The notes under the pieces were generated by a model, which saw nothing but the letters and a program-made list of their open reading frames with translations, had not been told where the DNA came from and ran no database searches. A program made the translations under genes and the position numbers. This document shows, piece after piece, positions 1 to 10,561 of a DNA stretch of 64,000 nucleotides. This DNA is from a virus. Each line of letters opens with the position of its first letter. Position 1 is the first letter of the stretch. Location of the stretch: the IMG/VR virus record IMGVR_UViG_3300009000_000003, one strand, 5' to 3'.

Positions 1-1
1 T

Positions 2-619
2 TTAAAATTAGGTAATATAGGCCTACATAATCTTTTTTATACAAGTGTTAATTTAAATAAATTAAGAGATAATATAATTTATCAAATGTTATCTCATGCA
101 ACGTTTACGCAAGTGTTAATGAGGAATTTTATAGAATTTAATTTAAATTATGAACTGTTAAAAGAAATTCAAGATTTTATAAATAAAAATGGTTTGCAAG
201 GTAGAGCAGAGCAAGCAAAAAAATTAATGAGTTATTTTGAAAATAATGAAGCAATAGAAAATATAAGCGATGAAGAATTTTTAAATAATGAATTTACAAG
301 TTCACTTAATTTGCCCTTAATTGATAATTTAGTTCACCCAAATATTTCTTATGATTTTGTAAGTATTCTTCCAAAAATAAGTGAAGAAACAATTTTAAAT
401 TATAAGGAAGATGATTTTAATCTAAATATATATCATATAAAATATGCTAATATTTCAATAAATAATATAAAAGTTTTATCACCAGCAGAAGGTATAATAT
501 CATTTAAAGATAATGTAATAGAAATACAAACAAATAATTATGGAATTATTAAATATTTAAATATTCAATGCACAGATAATTTAAAAGAATTTTATAAAAG
601 TACAAATTATCAAGTATAA
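2..619 (+). CDS. 5'-truncated hypothetical virion protein (frame open from window start)
   Basis: The frame of ORF 86..619 has no stop back to position 2. It is in the same frame as the next ORF. Confidence 0.6.
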   Translation, partial: LKLGNIGLHNLFYTSVNLNKLRDNIIYQMLSHATFTQVLMRNFIEFNLNYELLKEIQDFINKNGLQGRAEQAKKLMSYFENNEAIENISDEEFLNNEFTSSLNLPLIDNLVHPNISYDFVSILPKISEETILNYKEDDFNLNIYHIKYANISINNIKVLSPAEGIISFKDNVIEIQTNNYGIIKYLNIQCTDNLKEFYKSTNYQV

Positions 620-640
620 GCTGGAAGCGTTGTTGGTTTT

Positions 641-2320
641 ATGAAAAACAATTATGTTAGTGTTGAATTATTAGGAAAAATAAAAAATAAATTTGAATCT
701 TTAAAAGAAGTAAAAAATACTTTTTTTAAAAACAGTACTAAAGATAAATTAAATTTAATGAAAGAATATACTGATTATATTAAATCTAACTTTGATTTAT
801 ATATTGAAAGAGCTGGATTAGAAAATATATTTCAAAATGAAACAAACATAACTTTTAATTCAGAATTAACATTAGCAGATATTCAAAGACTTACTGGAAT
901 TAAAAAACCAGTAGATTTTGAAGAACCAGAATTTAAAAATAATAATACTAGTATAACTAGTATATCTGGATCACTAAGACATATTATGTCTAGTATTCCT
1001 ATATTAGGATTAGAATATCCTACACATCAATTTTTAGGTTCAATTGAACCAGTATATCAAATAAATTTATTAGAAAATAACCGTTTAATAAATGAAGAAT
1101 CTTCTAAGATAAAAAGATTAGAAGAATTTCGTAGAAACGGAATGTTTTATATTAAAAACTTTCCAGAAATACCAGATTCAAATCAATTAATTGTAGACTC
1201 TTTTATTACTAGATTGTTTGGAAGTTATAGAGAGTTTGAAAGTTTTCAAGTACTTGATGAAGAAACTTTAAAAAAGAAAAATTTTAACATTTCATTAGAC
1301 TCTATGGATACTTTTACGGTTGATGGTTCACCAAATACTTACGGAGTGAATCTTAGATTATCTGAATCCAAGTCATACAATGACGAGAATATAAAACCGG
1401 CAGCAAGTAATAAGCTTGGAGATAATGCTAAAAAAGAAATTCAAAAATATTTTGAAAACAAAATGCCAATTTATAAAGAAAGTTTTTTTAATAGTTCTGC
1501 ACCAGTAAAAAATGCTCCAAAAGCAAGCAAAATTATACCACAAAACAATGATTATGTTTTTATGAATTGGACTTCAGAGCGAGGATTTTTTGATGCAGAA
1601 ACTTTTTACCAGAGACCACGTTCTTATAAATATAGCAATAAATTAGTTCCTTTTTTACAAAATTTTGATAATAATGAACAAGATCCAATAGGCCTGCTTT
1701 ACAGTCCAGATAAAAATTTATATGCATTAGCTAATTTATTAGATGGTATTCAAAATATTTTAAATCATTATGAATCGCCAAATAATCCTGGAAAAGTAGG
1801 ATACAGTATAAATCTTTTTTCAACATTAAGAGATTATCATATAGTTCCTAATTCTACTAGTTTTAAAAGTGCTCACAAAACAGGATCGGCAGCAGATACA
1901 GTTGTAAGTGGATTAAATGTTATGGAATTTGCTTCTATATGCAAATATTTGATAGATCACAATCATATTATACACCCTTATGCTGAAAGTAGAGGGGTTT
2001 CTCAACTTACTATTGGAATAGGGATGTATGGAGCAAATGCGCATGATATTAATGTAAAAATGTCAGATAGATATGCTGGTGTAAGAGGATTTGTACATAT
2101 AGATTTAAACCCAACTGTAAAGTTTCTTAATTTTCCAAGAGGAATGCTGTATAATTTTAATTTTAATACAAAGTGGAATAGACTCTGGTTTGGAAAAGAT
2201 GCTAAAGATAAATTTAATCCAGGAACAAGTGTATTCGGATGGTGGTCCCAAAATTATAATCAAATAATTGAGACTATTAAGCCAAAACTATTAGAAGCTA
2301 TAGAAAAATCTAAGGAATAA
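641..2320 (+). CDS. Virion protein with C-terminal peptidase M15-like (Zn) peptidoglycan hydrolase domain
   Basis: Motifs STLR...SAHKTGSAAD (H-x6-D), IGIGMYG and GFVHID match the Peptidase_M15_3 pattern. Lies in the tail module. Confidence 0.7.
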   Translation: MKNNYVSVELLGKIKNKFESLKEVKNTFFKNSTKDKLNLMKEYTDYIKSNFDLYIERAGLENIFQNETNITFNSELTLADIQRLTGIKKPVDFEEPEFKNNNTSITSISGSLRHIMSSIPILGLEYPTHQFLGSIEPVYQINLLENNRLINEESSKIKRLEEFRRNGMFYIKNFPEIPDSNQLIVDSFITRLFGSYREFESFQVLDEETLKKKNFNISLDSMDTFTVDGSPNTYGVNLRLSESKSYNDENIKPAASNKLGDNAKKEIQKYFENKMPIYKESFFNSSAPVKNAPKASKIIPQNNDYVFMNWTSERGFFDAETFYQRPRSYKYSNKLVPFLQNFDNNEQDPIGLLYSPDKNLYALANLLDGIQNILNHYESPNNPGKVGYSINLFSTLRDYHIVPNSTSFKSAHKTGSAADTVVSGLNVMEFASICKYLIDHNHIIHPYAESRGVSQLTIGIGMYGANAHDINVKMSDRYAGVRGFVHIDLNPTVKFLNFPRGMLYNFNFNTKWNRLWFGKDAKDKFNPGTSVFGWWSQNYNQIIETIKPKLLEAIEKSKE

Positions 2321-2325
2321 AAGCA

Positions 2326-5300
2326 ATGGCTGATTTGGATCTAAATTTAAATGATTTAGAAGAAAGTGATTCTTCTGAAGTTAAAACCGAAGGAAATGAG
2401 CTATTATCTCCTGCTAAAAAAGAACCGTTAAATTTAAATGAAGATCAACGAGAACAATATTTTAAAGATTTAAAAGCACAATTGAATATAATGAGAGGTG
2501 GGAGATTTTCAAAAGGGAGCTATTATACTTATGATGATAAAATAAAAATTAGCGAAAATTATGAAGCTTCAGGTGGACCGATTTTAATTATTGAAAATAA
2601 TGAAAATTCTAGCAACGACAATGTAAATCAATTTCTTCAAGAATTAAAATCAAAAAAATTGATTTCAATACCATCTACGCAAGATATGAAAATTGTAGAA
2701 AAGAAAAAAGATGGTAAAAAAAGAATAGAAATTTATATAAAACCAAAACCATATATTAAAGAAAAAATAAAAAATGCTGAACTTTTAAAAGCATTTAAAG
2801 ATTTTGCGTCACTAATATTAACTGAACCTTATTTATATAAAGATACAATTGAAGAACAAGATCAAGAGCTAAAAAGAATTCAATCAGAATTATACAATTT
2901 AAATATTTATCCTTGTTTTTATAATTTTATAGAGGCTTCTATTTTTGGTTCAGAAAATGCTCACTACGAATCTGCAAGTTTCTTTAGAAGTATAATGGAA
3001 AACCAAGGAAAAATTGGACTTGCTACTAGTGCTGCTAGTACAGCTGGTAGTGTTACAGCAACTGGACTTGCATTAGCGAGTATATACGCAACAATAAGTG
3101 TTCCAGTCATAGTTGTAAGTGGAGCTGCGTTTGTGATTGTAGGAGGAACTGTTTATTTTGTAAGCTCTTTATTTGATAGTAGTACAGAAAATAGTGCTAA
3201 ATTAAATTATAAAAGAGTTTTATATTCTAAAAATAGCTATGATGTAAATAAATTTAATTATTATATAAATGATATTTATAAATATGAAATTAAAGAAATA
3301 ATTGGTGACATCAGTTTTGATCGAGATTTATTATCTGAATTAGCAAGCGGAAATACAGTTGCTAAAGCAACAGAAACTTATTTAAAAAAAGTAATTTCAA
3401 AGCATTCTACAATTAAAATATTTGAAGAAGAAATTTTAAAAAGTAATGTTGCTTCTAAAATAAATAATTTAATTAGTAAATCTTTACAACAAGAATTAAA
3501 AGATAAATCTGATAATAATGAATTAAGCAATATTTTTTCACAAGACGTAATCGGAAAAGAATACAATGATTATATAACTTGGTTATTTGATATACCTGCT
3601 GATTACGATTTAGATTTTAATGATTATGAAGCTGAAGAAATTTTTGATATTGAAGAAAGAGAAAAAAATAAACATTATTTTAGTGACTCTCAGTTTATTA
3701 TTAAAAACGATGAGGATTTATTTTGGACAGATAATCACAAAGTAGGAGATACAGAATCTCCTTTAGCAAAATTGTTTGATTATCAATGGGCAAATAAAGA
3801 AAAGCCTTTAGAAAGTGTAACTGTTAAAGAATTTTATTTTGACAAAAGAAAAAAAGAAATAGAATCTCAACAAAATAAAAAGCTAACTCTCCTAAAAGAA
3901 ATGTATGAAATGCTTTTGGAAGATGCTGCTATTTTAAATTTTGATAATATTCTAGAAGAAAATCCAGAGCTAGCAGAAACAATAAATGAAGAATCTGTTT
4001 TCAAATTATTAGAAGACAGCCCATATCCAGATATTATTACACCTTTTAATCCGTTACTTAAAAAAAGAAATTTAAAAGCAAATAAATACGCGCCTTGGTT
4101 TTACTATTCAGATTCTATTTCTAATGGTGAATTAAAAAAAGAAAAAACAATTTTAAATACTATTTTAAACAGAAGTGAAGAATTTAAAAACCAATTAACA
4201 AACCCAAGCAACGCTTTATTTGGAGGACCTTCAAGTAAACTTCCTCTTAAAATAGATACATGGTCTCCTGGAATATTTACTTCTGGAGATAAAAATTTAA
4301 AAACTTTTAAAGATATTCGTTATGATGAAGATGAAATAAAAGTTAGCAATTCTGGAACAATTGACATACCAGCCGATACTATTAAAGACGGTAAAAAAGC
4401 TGTCGAAACTTTTTTAGATAATTTAAAAAAACAGCATCAAGGAAATTTAAACGAAGTTAAAAGTTTTAAAAAGAATTTTGGAAATAAATATTTTAATAAT
4501 ATAATTGAAAAACCAATAACAGATAAAACTTTAAATAAATTAAAAGAAAATATAATTCCTGAAGAGTCAAATCAATCTTTAACAAAACTCTCTGACGAAT
4601 CATTTAAAGATTATAAAAAATATTCAGGTATCAAAGGAGCTTTTCCTACTTTTAGATTATATATAGTAGAAGAAGACGCTATACATAGTTCAAGATATAC
4701 TGCTTATGACGACTTCTTTAATTATAACTCTGTTATATCTTTTAGAGTCCATACAGATAAAGATATGTCTGCATCTACAGCTAATATCCAGGTGCAGAAT
4801 ATTTCTGGGATATTAGACGGAACTAAAAAGTTTGTTAAGCGAGACATTGATATACAACGATCAGATTATAATCAGAATGCAGATGATTTAATTAATGACC
4901 AAATAGAATCTATAGTTTTAAGAAAAGGTATTAACGTTCAACTAAGAGCTGGTTATGGAGCAAGTACGGAAGATTTAGATGTATTAATATCAGGGCGAAT
5001 TACTGAAATAAATTATAGTAACGATAATATGATCTGTAATCTTACTGTACAAAGCTATGGCGTTGAATTAGACGTAGTGTCTTATGGGCAAAATGCTAAA
5101 GATAATACTAGTGCAACATTTGATACGACCCACCAATTGTTAGGTTCTTTAATATTAAGCAAAGAATTAAAACATTTTGGAAGGGTTCGCACTGGAAAAA
5201 TTTTTCAAACACACGAAAATAAATCTCCAAGCTTAGATACAGAAAAATATTACGATTCAGAAGCTTTTGATTTTAATTATACTTATGGATTGTATGATTG

Positions 5301-8043
5301 GTTTAAAGAAAATGAAACATATATTTTACTTGGATCTTTATTTTCAGGAATTATTTTAAAGCAAGCAGGGACAGCATTTAAATGGTTAGGTAAAACTAAG
5401 GCAGGTAAATGGACTGCAACTAAATATAGTACAATTAAAGGAAGTAGTGTAGTAGATGCTGCAATTAAAGGAGTTAAAGATAATTTTAAAAAATTTGATG
5501 ATTATTTAAAATTTGGAAACATTACAGACGATCTTATAAGTCCCGGATATCTTGCAGATTTTAATTTAATAAGATATTTTCCTGCTGCAATTTATGCAGC
5601 AGGAAAAGGATTAATAAAAGGGGTCCGTTGGGGATTTAGTTCTGTATATAAAACTAACCCTAAGTTAAATAGATTGAGTGATCAAAGTTTAATAAACTAT
5701 TTAAATGGAAATTTAAAAAACAATCAAAAAGAAATTATAGAAAAATTTATAGATAATAAAATTATCAAAGGAGCTTATGAAACTATTGTTAATCAAGAAC
5801 TAATAGCTAGAGGGGTATTTTTAAAAAGAGCAATTAAAGGAAAAAGATTGCAAGTATTTAAAGAGTGGACAAAAGGAGCAATTACGTATGGAGGTAAAAG
5901 AGCAGTTGCTGGGTTAGCAATAAGTGCTATTGCAGGTTTAGCAGACATATTATCAAATGGAGTTTCTTATGTCTGGGAAGGTATAAAAAATACTTTTATG
6001 GAAGCTTTTTATTTAAAGAAGAACTTTAAAAGAAAAATTCTTTTATCTCCACAAGACGATAATTTATTTTGTCCGAATCCAGAAGATTATATTTTAAATC
6101 AAAGTAGCTTTTCAGAAACTATTTATAGAGCGGCTTATATCCCAGCATCATTTTTTAATTCAGAAACATTTGGTTTACCAGGAATCGTTGCTTCATTATT
6201 CGGTTTCGATATTTTTGAAAATGAAGATCAAAATTATAAAAATATAAATAAATTCTTTAATAAAAAATTTATAGCAAAGGAAGCTCAATTTAAATTAATA
6301 AATAAAACTATTTGGGATACTTTTGGAGAATGCACTTTAAGGCACCCAGGATATGTTAGAGCAGTAAGACCTTATGGAAACTCTATGGAGTACAGAGTTT
6401 TCTTTGGATTGCCATCACAAAGATATTGGTCTAAAGACATTTCATTATTAGATGTAACAAGAATAAATCGAATATTTGAAGAATCGTCAGATGATGGATT
6501 GCTTCCAATAGAGACATTAAACTTTTTATATAAAAATAAAATAGATTATTATAAAAAAATTACTAAAAAAACTAATTTGGACAATGAAGATATAAAGCTT
6601 TTCAGTAATTTAGCTTTAGAAGAATATCTGAATAAAACAAAAGAAAGATTTATTCCAATCAGAAAATTTTACAGAGTATCTTCTAAATCAAATTTAATAC
6701 AAAATGGAATAACAGTATCTGATCATAATGTTATCAACACAGCGCTGGTGCACTATTTAGATGGAAATCGTTCCGCAAAAGATAGTGATAGTGCAGATTC
6801 TGCTGTTTTAAAAAGCATAAAATTAAGTGCGCATGGAAACATTCCACCAAATTTAGAAAGAGACACTAGCGTAAAAAGTATAAATATTAGAGGTGTAGCA
6901 GCAGCCTTTAGATATGGCGTTTCTACTGTGCTTGAAGGTATGAAAAATATTTATCAAGGTAATTTATTAATACTTGGCAACTCTAAAATTATGCCTATTG
7001 ATGCAGTAGTATTAGACGACAATATAACAAAAATGTACGGGCCATTAGAAGTTAAAAGCGTTACACACATGTTTAGTCATGAAACTGGTTTTTTAACTGA
7101 TTTAGAAGTTAGAGCTATGACAACTTATGGTTCAGATGGTTTAACATACCCTATGATGAATGCATCTATTTTATATCAAGCTAAGGAAGCTATATTTAAT
7201 AAATATAGTTCTAGGAATGATTATGAAGCAGATTTAAATTCATTGTTTCCTGACTGGATTAACGATATTTATTTAAAAGACGTAATACAAGATATTGTAG
7301 ATGATGTCGTTGAAGAAATAAATGAACCAGTAAGCAATGAAAATAAAAAGAAATTAGTAGAAAAGTATGTTGAAGATGTAAAAAAAGAAATTGAAGAAAA
7401 TAAAACTTTCTTTTTACAAGATATAGTCAATCCTAATTTTGAGTTACCTCAAAGTTTAAACGATACAATAGAAAACGTAGGACTTACTTTATTTAGTACA
7501 GGAGCTTTAGCTGGGGCTGGAGGGGCGGCAATAGAGAAACTTGTAAATGAAACTGCAGCAATTAAAATAGCATCTAGAACTAGATATGGTGCAATTATTA
7601 CCGCAGCCTTAGGAGCTGCAACATATTTTGCTTCAGATAAAATTTTAGATGCTGCAAGTGATTCAATTAGTAGCGGAATGATTGGTAAAAATTTATTTAG
7701 GCCAATGATTCTTTCAAAAGCAGACAACTCTTCGTTAATAGAAGTTTACCCATTAGTAAAAGATGGAGTACCTTTATTAGCTGGAGGATTAGAAGCATTA
7801 AACGGAGACTCTCATTTCTACCAAGCATTAGGAAATGTGTTTACACAATTCTCTGACGCTTACGAAGGTTATTTAAAAAAAGAAAAAGAAATTAATTCTT
7901 TGGGAGAAGAGTCTGCATATGTAATGGGTACAGATAATATTTGGAGTGAAATAGAAACAGCTAAAATTGAAGACAGTGATGATGGAATTAGCTTTATGCA
8001 ACAAATAAATTACTTTAGATATAAAGGTGACAATAATGAGTAA
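2326..8043 (+). CDS. Giant (1905 aa) baseplate hub-like tail protein
   Basis: Hub-like segments (TANIQVQNISG; LRKGINVQLRAGYG...ISGRITEI; QGNLLILGN..IMPIDAVVL...VKSVTHMFS..GFLTDL). Upstream of gp25/J-like genes. Confidence 0.6.
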   Translation: MADLDLNLNDLEESDSSEVKTEGNELLSPAKKEPLNLNEDQREQYFKDLKAQLNIMRGGRFSKGSYYTYDDKIKISENYEASGGPILIIENNENSSNDNVNQFLQELKSKKLISIPSTQDMKIVEKKKDGKKRIEIYIKPKPYIKEKIKNAELLKAFKDFASLILTEPYLYKDTIEEQDQELKRIQSELYNLNIYPCFYNFIEASIFGSENAHYESASFFRSIMENQGKIGLATSAASTAGSVTATGLALASIYATISVPVIVVSGAAFVIVGGTVYFVSSLFDSSTENSAKLNYKRVLYSKNSYDVNKFNYYINDIYKYEIKEIIGDISFDRDLLSELASGNTVAKATETYLKKVISKHSTIKIFEEEILKSNVASKINNLISKSLQQELKDKSDNNELSNIFSQDVIGKEYNDYITWLFDIPADYDLDFNDYEAEEIFDIEEREKNKHYFSDSQFIIKNDEDLFWTDNHKVGDTESPLAKLFDYQWANKEKPLESVTVKEFYFDKRKKEIESQQNKKLTLLKEMYEMLLEDAAILNFDNILEENPELAETINEESVFKLLEDSPYPDIITPFNPLLKKRNLKANKYAPWFYYSDSISNGELKKEKTILNTILNRSEEFKNQLTNPSNALFGGPSSKLPLKIDTWSPGIFTSGDKNLKTFKDIRYDEDEIKVSNSGTIDIPADTIKDGKKAVETFLDNLKKQHQGNLNEVKSFKKNFGNKYFNNIIEKPITDKTLNKLKENIIPEESNQSLTKLSDESFKDYKKYSGIKGAFPTFRLYIVEEDAIHSSRYTAYDDFFNYNSVISFRVHTDKDMSASTANIQVQNISGILDGTKKFVKRDIDIQRSDYNQNADDLINDQIESIVLRKGINVQLRAGYGASTEDLDVLISGRITEINYSNDNMICNLTVQSYGVELDVVSYGQNAKDNTSATFDTTHQLLGSLILSKELKHFGRVRTGKIFQTHENKSPSLDTEKYYDSEAFDFNYTYGLYDWFKENETYILLGSLFSGIILKQAGTAFKWLGKTKAGKWTATKYSTIKGSSVVDAAIKGVKDNFKKFDDYLKFGNITDDLISPGYLADFNLIRYFPAAIYAAGKGLIKGVRWGFSSVYKTNPKLNRLSDQSLINYLNGNLKNNQKEIIEKFIDNKIIKGAYETIVNQELIARGVFLKRAIKGKRLQVFKEWTKGAITYGGKRAVAGLAISAIAGLADILSNGVSYVWEGIKNTFMEAFYLKKNFKRKILLSPQDDNLFCPNPEDYILNQSSFSETIYRAAYIPASFFNSETFGLPGIVASLFGFDIFENEDQNYKNINKFFNKKFIAKEAQFKLINKTIWDTFGECTLRHPGYVRAVRPYGNSMEYRVFFGLPSQRYWSKDISLLDVTRINRIFEESSDDGLLPIETLNFLYKNKIDYYKKITKKTNLDNEDIKLFSNLALEEYLNKTKERFIPIRKFYRVSSKSNLIQNGITVSDHNVINTALVHYLDGNRSAKDSDSADSAVLKSIKLSAHGNIPPNLERDTSVKSINIRGVAAAFRYGVSTVLEGMKNIYQGNLLILGNSKIMPIDAVVLDDNITKMYGPLEVKSVTHMFSHETGFLTDLEVRAMTTYGSDGLTYPMMNASILYQAKEAIFNKYSSRNDYEADLNSLFPDWINDIYLKDVIQDIVDDVVEEINEPVSNENKKKLVEKYVEDVKKEIEENKTFFLQDIVNPNFELPQSLNDTIENVGLTLFSTGALAGAGGAAIEKLVNETAAIKIASRTRYGAIITAALGAATYFASDKILDAASDSISSGMIGKNLFRPMILSKADNSSLIEVYPLVKDGVPLLAGGLEALNGDSHFYQALGNVFTQFSDAYEGYLKKEKEINSLGEESAYVMGTDNIWSEIETAKIEDSDDGISFMQQINYFRYKGDNNE

Positions 8044-8536
8044 ATTAGGAAGAAAAAGTGAATTCGCTCAAAACTTAAGTAATTTAAATTACGAAATATT
8101 CAATAAAGAAAAAAGTAATGAAACAGCTCATTGCATAGTATTAGATATATGCGGAGCGCATAAACCAAAATCAAAGTTCGTAGAAGATGTTTTTGAAACT
8201 GGTATATATTTTATAGTAGGCTGTTACGAAACAGCATCTATAGAAATAGTATATTGGAACTGCTCTTATGATTATTTAAGAATGATTTATGGTTTAGATA
8301 GCAACATAATTGGTAGGCATTGCGTAGTGGAATGCAAAAGCTTTTCGTCTAATGATATGTTAAACGGAAATATAAGTTTTAGAGAAGGTAAAAGAAATAA
8401 ATATCAAGACGAATCAAATGGCATTTATATGTCTATATCAATGTCTTCAGGAATAAAACAAAACTATGAAAGGCAAATCAAAAATTATGAAATTAATGAA
8501 GATGAAGGCCTTGGAGAGTTTTGGGCAAAGGTATAA
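8027..8536 (+). CDS. Hypothetical baseplate-region protein
   Basis: ORF overlaps its neighbours in the structural operon. Confidence 0.6.
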   Translation: MTIMSKLGRKSEFAQNLSNLNYEIFNKEKSNETAHCIVLDICGAHKPKSKFVEDVFETGIYFIVGCYETASIEIVYWNCSYDYLRMIYGLDSNIIGRHCVVECKSFSSNDMLNGNISFREGKRNKYQDESNGIYMSISMSSGIKQNYERQIKNYEINEDEGLGEFWAKV

Positions 8537-8538
8537 TT

Positions 8539-8880
8539 ATGCAAAGTAAAATACTAAAAGCACAATTTAATAAAATGTGTTTAGGAGGAATTCTTTTAGA
8601 CATGGAGACTGTTGCTTTGTTTTCTGGAGCAAATGGAATGTCTAATATTGAAGTTACTCCTAACGGTATCAACATACAACCAGGACCAGGTAAACCACTT
8701 GTAATAAACACAATGGATGTTCGAGGATTAGGATATAGATATCAAATGTCACCTACTGATTTTTTCCCACAAGTATATACTTACTTACCTAGAAAAAATA
8801 TTGATTTGCAAGTATTAGAAGATATTAAAGAAGCTTTAATAATCAGCAGTGCTTTCGCAGGAGTATCAGCACTATTATGA
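8539..8880 (+). CDS. Hypothetical baseplate-region protein (possible spike-related)
   Basis: ATG at 8539 just after the upstream stop. ATGA overlap with the next gene. Function inferred from position only. Confidence 0.55.
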   Translation: MQSKILKAQFNKMCLGGILLDMETVALFSGANGMSNIEVTPNGINIQPGPGKPLVINTMDVRGLGYRYQMSPTDFFPQVYTYLPRKNIDLQVLEDIKEALIISSAFAGVSALL

Positions 8881-9332
8881 TAAAAGAAACAAATACAGAT
8901 ATTTGCTTTACAGAAGACGGAGACTTTCTTTTCAAAAGAAATTCTCTTTATTTATCTAAAGAAGATAATAATGAAATTTTAATTGATACAATTATGAGGA
9001 GGCTTCAATCCTCTTCAATAGATTGGGCAAGTAATAAAATTATTGCAGCCAATTTAGATTATTATCGAGGTGAAAAAATAACAAGCAATCTTGTAAATCT
9101 GATAGGTAATGAAATATTAAATACAATTATTGCAGATAATTTAGTTCGTGAAGAATATGTAGATATAAAAGCAAACAGATTAAACCCAGAACAAATCAAT
9201 TATACAATAATTGTATATGCTAAACAAAACGCTGACACTAATATTGTAATTGGTTTAATGTATGATCAAAGAGTAAATAAAATAATTCCAAGATATCTTA
9301 ACCCAAGAGAGCTAGCGGCATGGCAAGACTAA
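8877..9332 (+). CDS. gp25-like baseplate wedge protein
   Basis: 151 aa; DICFTEDGDF...IMRRLQS pattern; directly upstream of the baseplate J-like gene. Confidence 0.55.
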   Translation: MIKETNTDICFTEDGDFLFKRNSLYLSKEDNNEILIDTIMRRLQSSSIDWASNKIIAANLDYYRGEKITSNLVNLIGNEILNTIIADNLVREEYVDIKANRLNPEQINYTIIVYAKQNADTNIVIGLMYDQRVNKIIPRYLNPRELAAWQD

Positions 9333-10561
9333 TTACAAGCGAACAATCTTATAGCATAGAAAACAATATACTTGGGAAACTTAAAGAAAGTATTCCTAAT
9401 TTATATCTTGGGGAAGATTCAGTAGTAAGAATTTTAAGTGAAGCAATAGCTAGCGAAATAAGCTTATTAAATGAAGAAGCAAAAAATACTTATTCTAATA
9501 ATCAGCTAAGTAATGCTAGTGGAGAAAATTTAGATCAAATTGCTTTTCAAAAATATGGGATTTCAAGATATTCTGAAAGTTACGCTGAATCATTAAGTAA
9601 CGAAAGAAATGTATATTTTTATAGTAATTTTGGAACTCTTGGTGAGCTAAACAATGGCCAGGGATTTGTAATTCCTGCAGGCACAATTATATCAAATAAA
9701 ATAGATGTAAATAACGCAGCAATACAATTTGCACTAACAAACGATGTACAGATATTAGCTGATGATCCATTTGTGTTTGCATCTGTAAGAGCAATCAATG
9801 CAGGATCAAGTTACAACGTAGATACTAATACTCTTGTATATCATAATTATGGAGAATATTCGGATTATTTGAATGGAAGCTTATTAGTAGAAAATAGACT
9901 GCCAATCATTAATGGATCGGAAAGAGAGTCTGACAATAACTTTAAATTTCGATTAACAAATTATTTATCGGCCAGTGTAAACAAAAGCTATGATTATTTA
10001 TTAATGCAAAGCTTAAGCTTACCAGGAGTATATGATGTATCTATCATTCCTTCTTATTATGGAATAGGAACAACAGGGGTTGTTTTATTTGGCGCGGGTA
10101 GGGAATCTAATAAAAATATAAATGATTTAGTAGATATTCGAATAGCTGAAGCGAAAACACCAGGCCAAAACATAATCGTTTCTCAAGGTATAGAAGTTTA
10201 TTTAGATATGGACATCAGAATATATTATGAGAAAACAATAAATACTTTAAACTTGGAAAAAATAAGAAAAAATATTTTAATAGAAGTAAAACAATTGGTT
10301 AAAGAAAAAGAACAATCTAAAGTAATTTCTTTTAATGAAATTTCTAATTTAATAAAAAATAATTTTACTTCTAAAGAATTTAAAGGCTTCGGAACTAAAA
10401 ATAACAGTATCTTTGAAAACATATTTATTAGAAAATCAGATAAATACAATGAATTTCCAGAAGAAAGAAAAAGTTTAGAAAGTGCTTACTTAAACATAGC
10501 AGATGATGAAAGAGTACGCTTTGGAATAATCAATATTATTATGGAAGAAGATAATAGATGA
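9320..10561 (+). CDS. Baseplate J-like (gp6-like) wedge protein
   Basis: NASGENLDQIA...GISR, IPAGTII, VRAINAGSSYNV and GSERESDNNFKFRL are typical Baseplate_J motifs. Confidence 0.85.
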   Translation: MARLITSEQSYSIENNILGKLKESIPNLYLGEDSVVRILSEAIASEISLLNEEAKNTYSNNQLSNASGENLDQIAFQKYGISRYSESYAESLSNERNVYFYSNFGTLGELNNGQGFVIPAGTIISNKIDVNNAAIQFALTNDVQILADDPFVFASVRAINAGSSYNVDTNTLVYHNYGEYSDYLNGSLLVENRLPIINGSERESDNNFKFRLTNYLSASVNKSYDYLLMQSLSLPGVYDVSIIPSYYGIGTTGVVLFGAGRESNKNINDLVDIRIAEAKTPGQNIIVSQGIEVYLDMDIRIYYEKTINTLNLEKIRKNILIEVKQLVKEKEQSKVISFNEISNLIKNNFTSKEFKGFGTKNNSIFENIFIRKSDKYNEFPEERKSLESAYLNIADDERVRFGIINIIMEEDNR

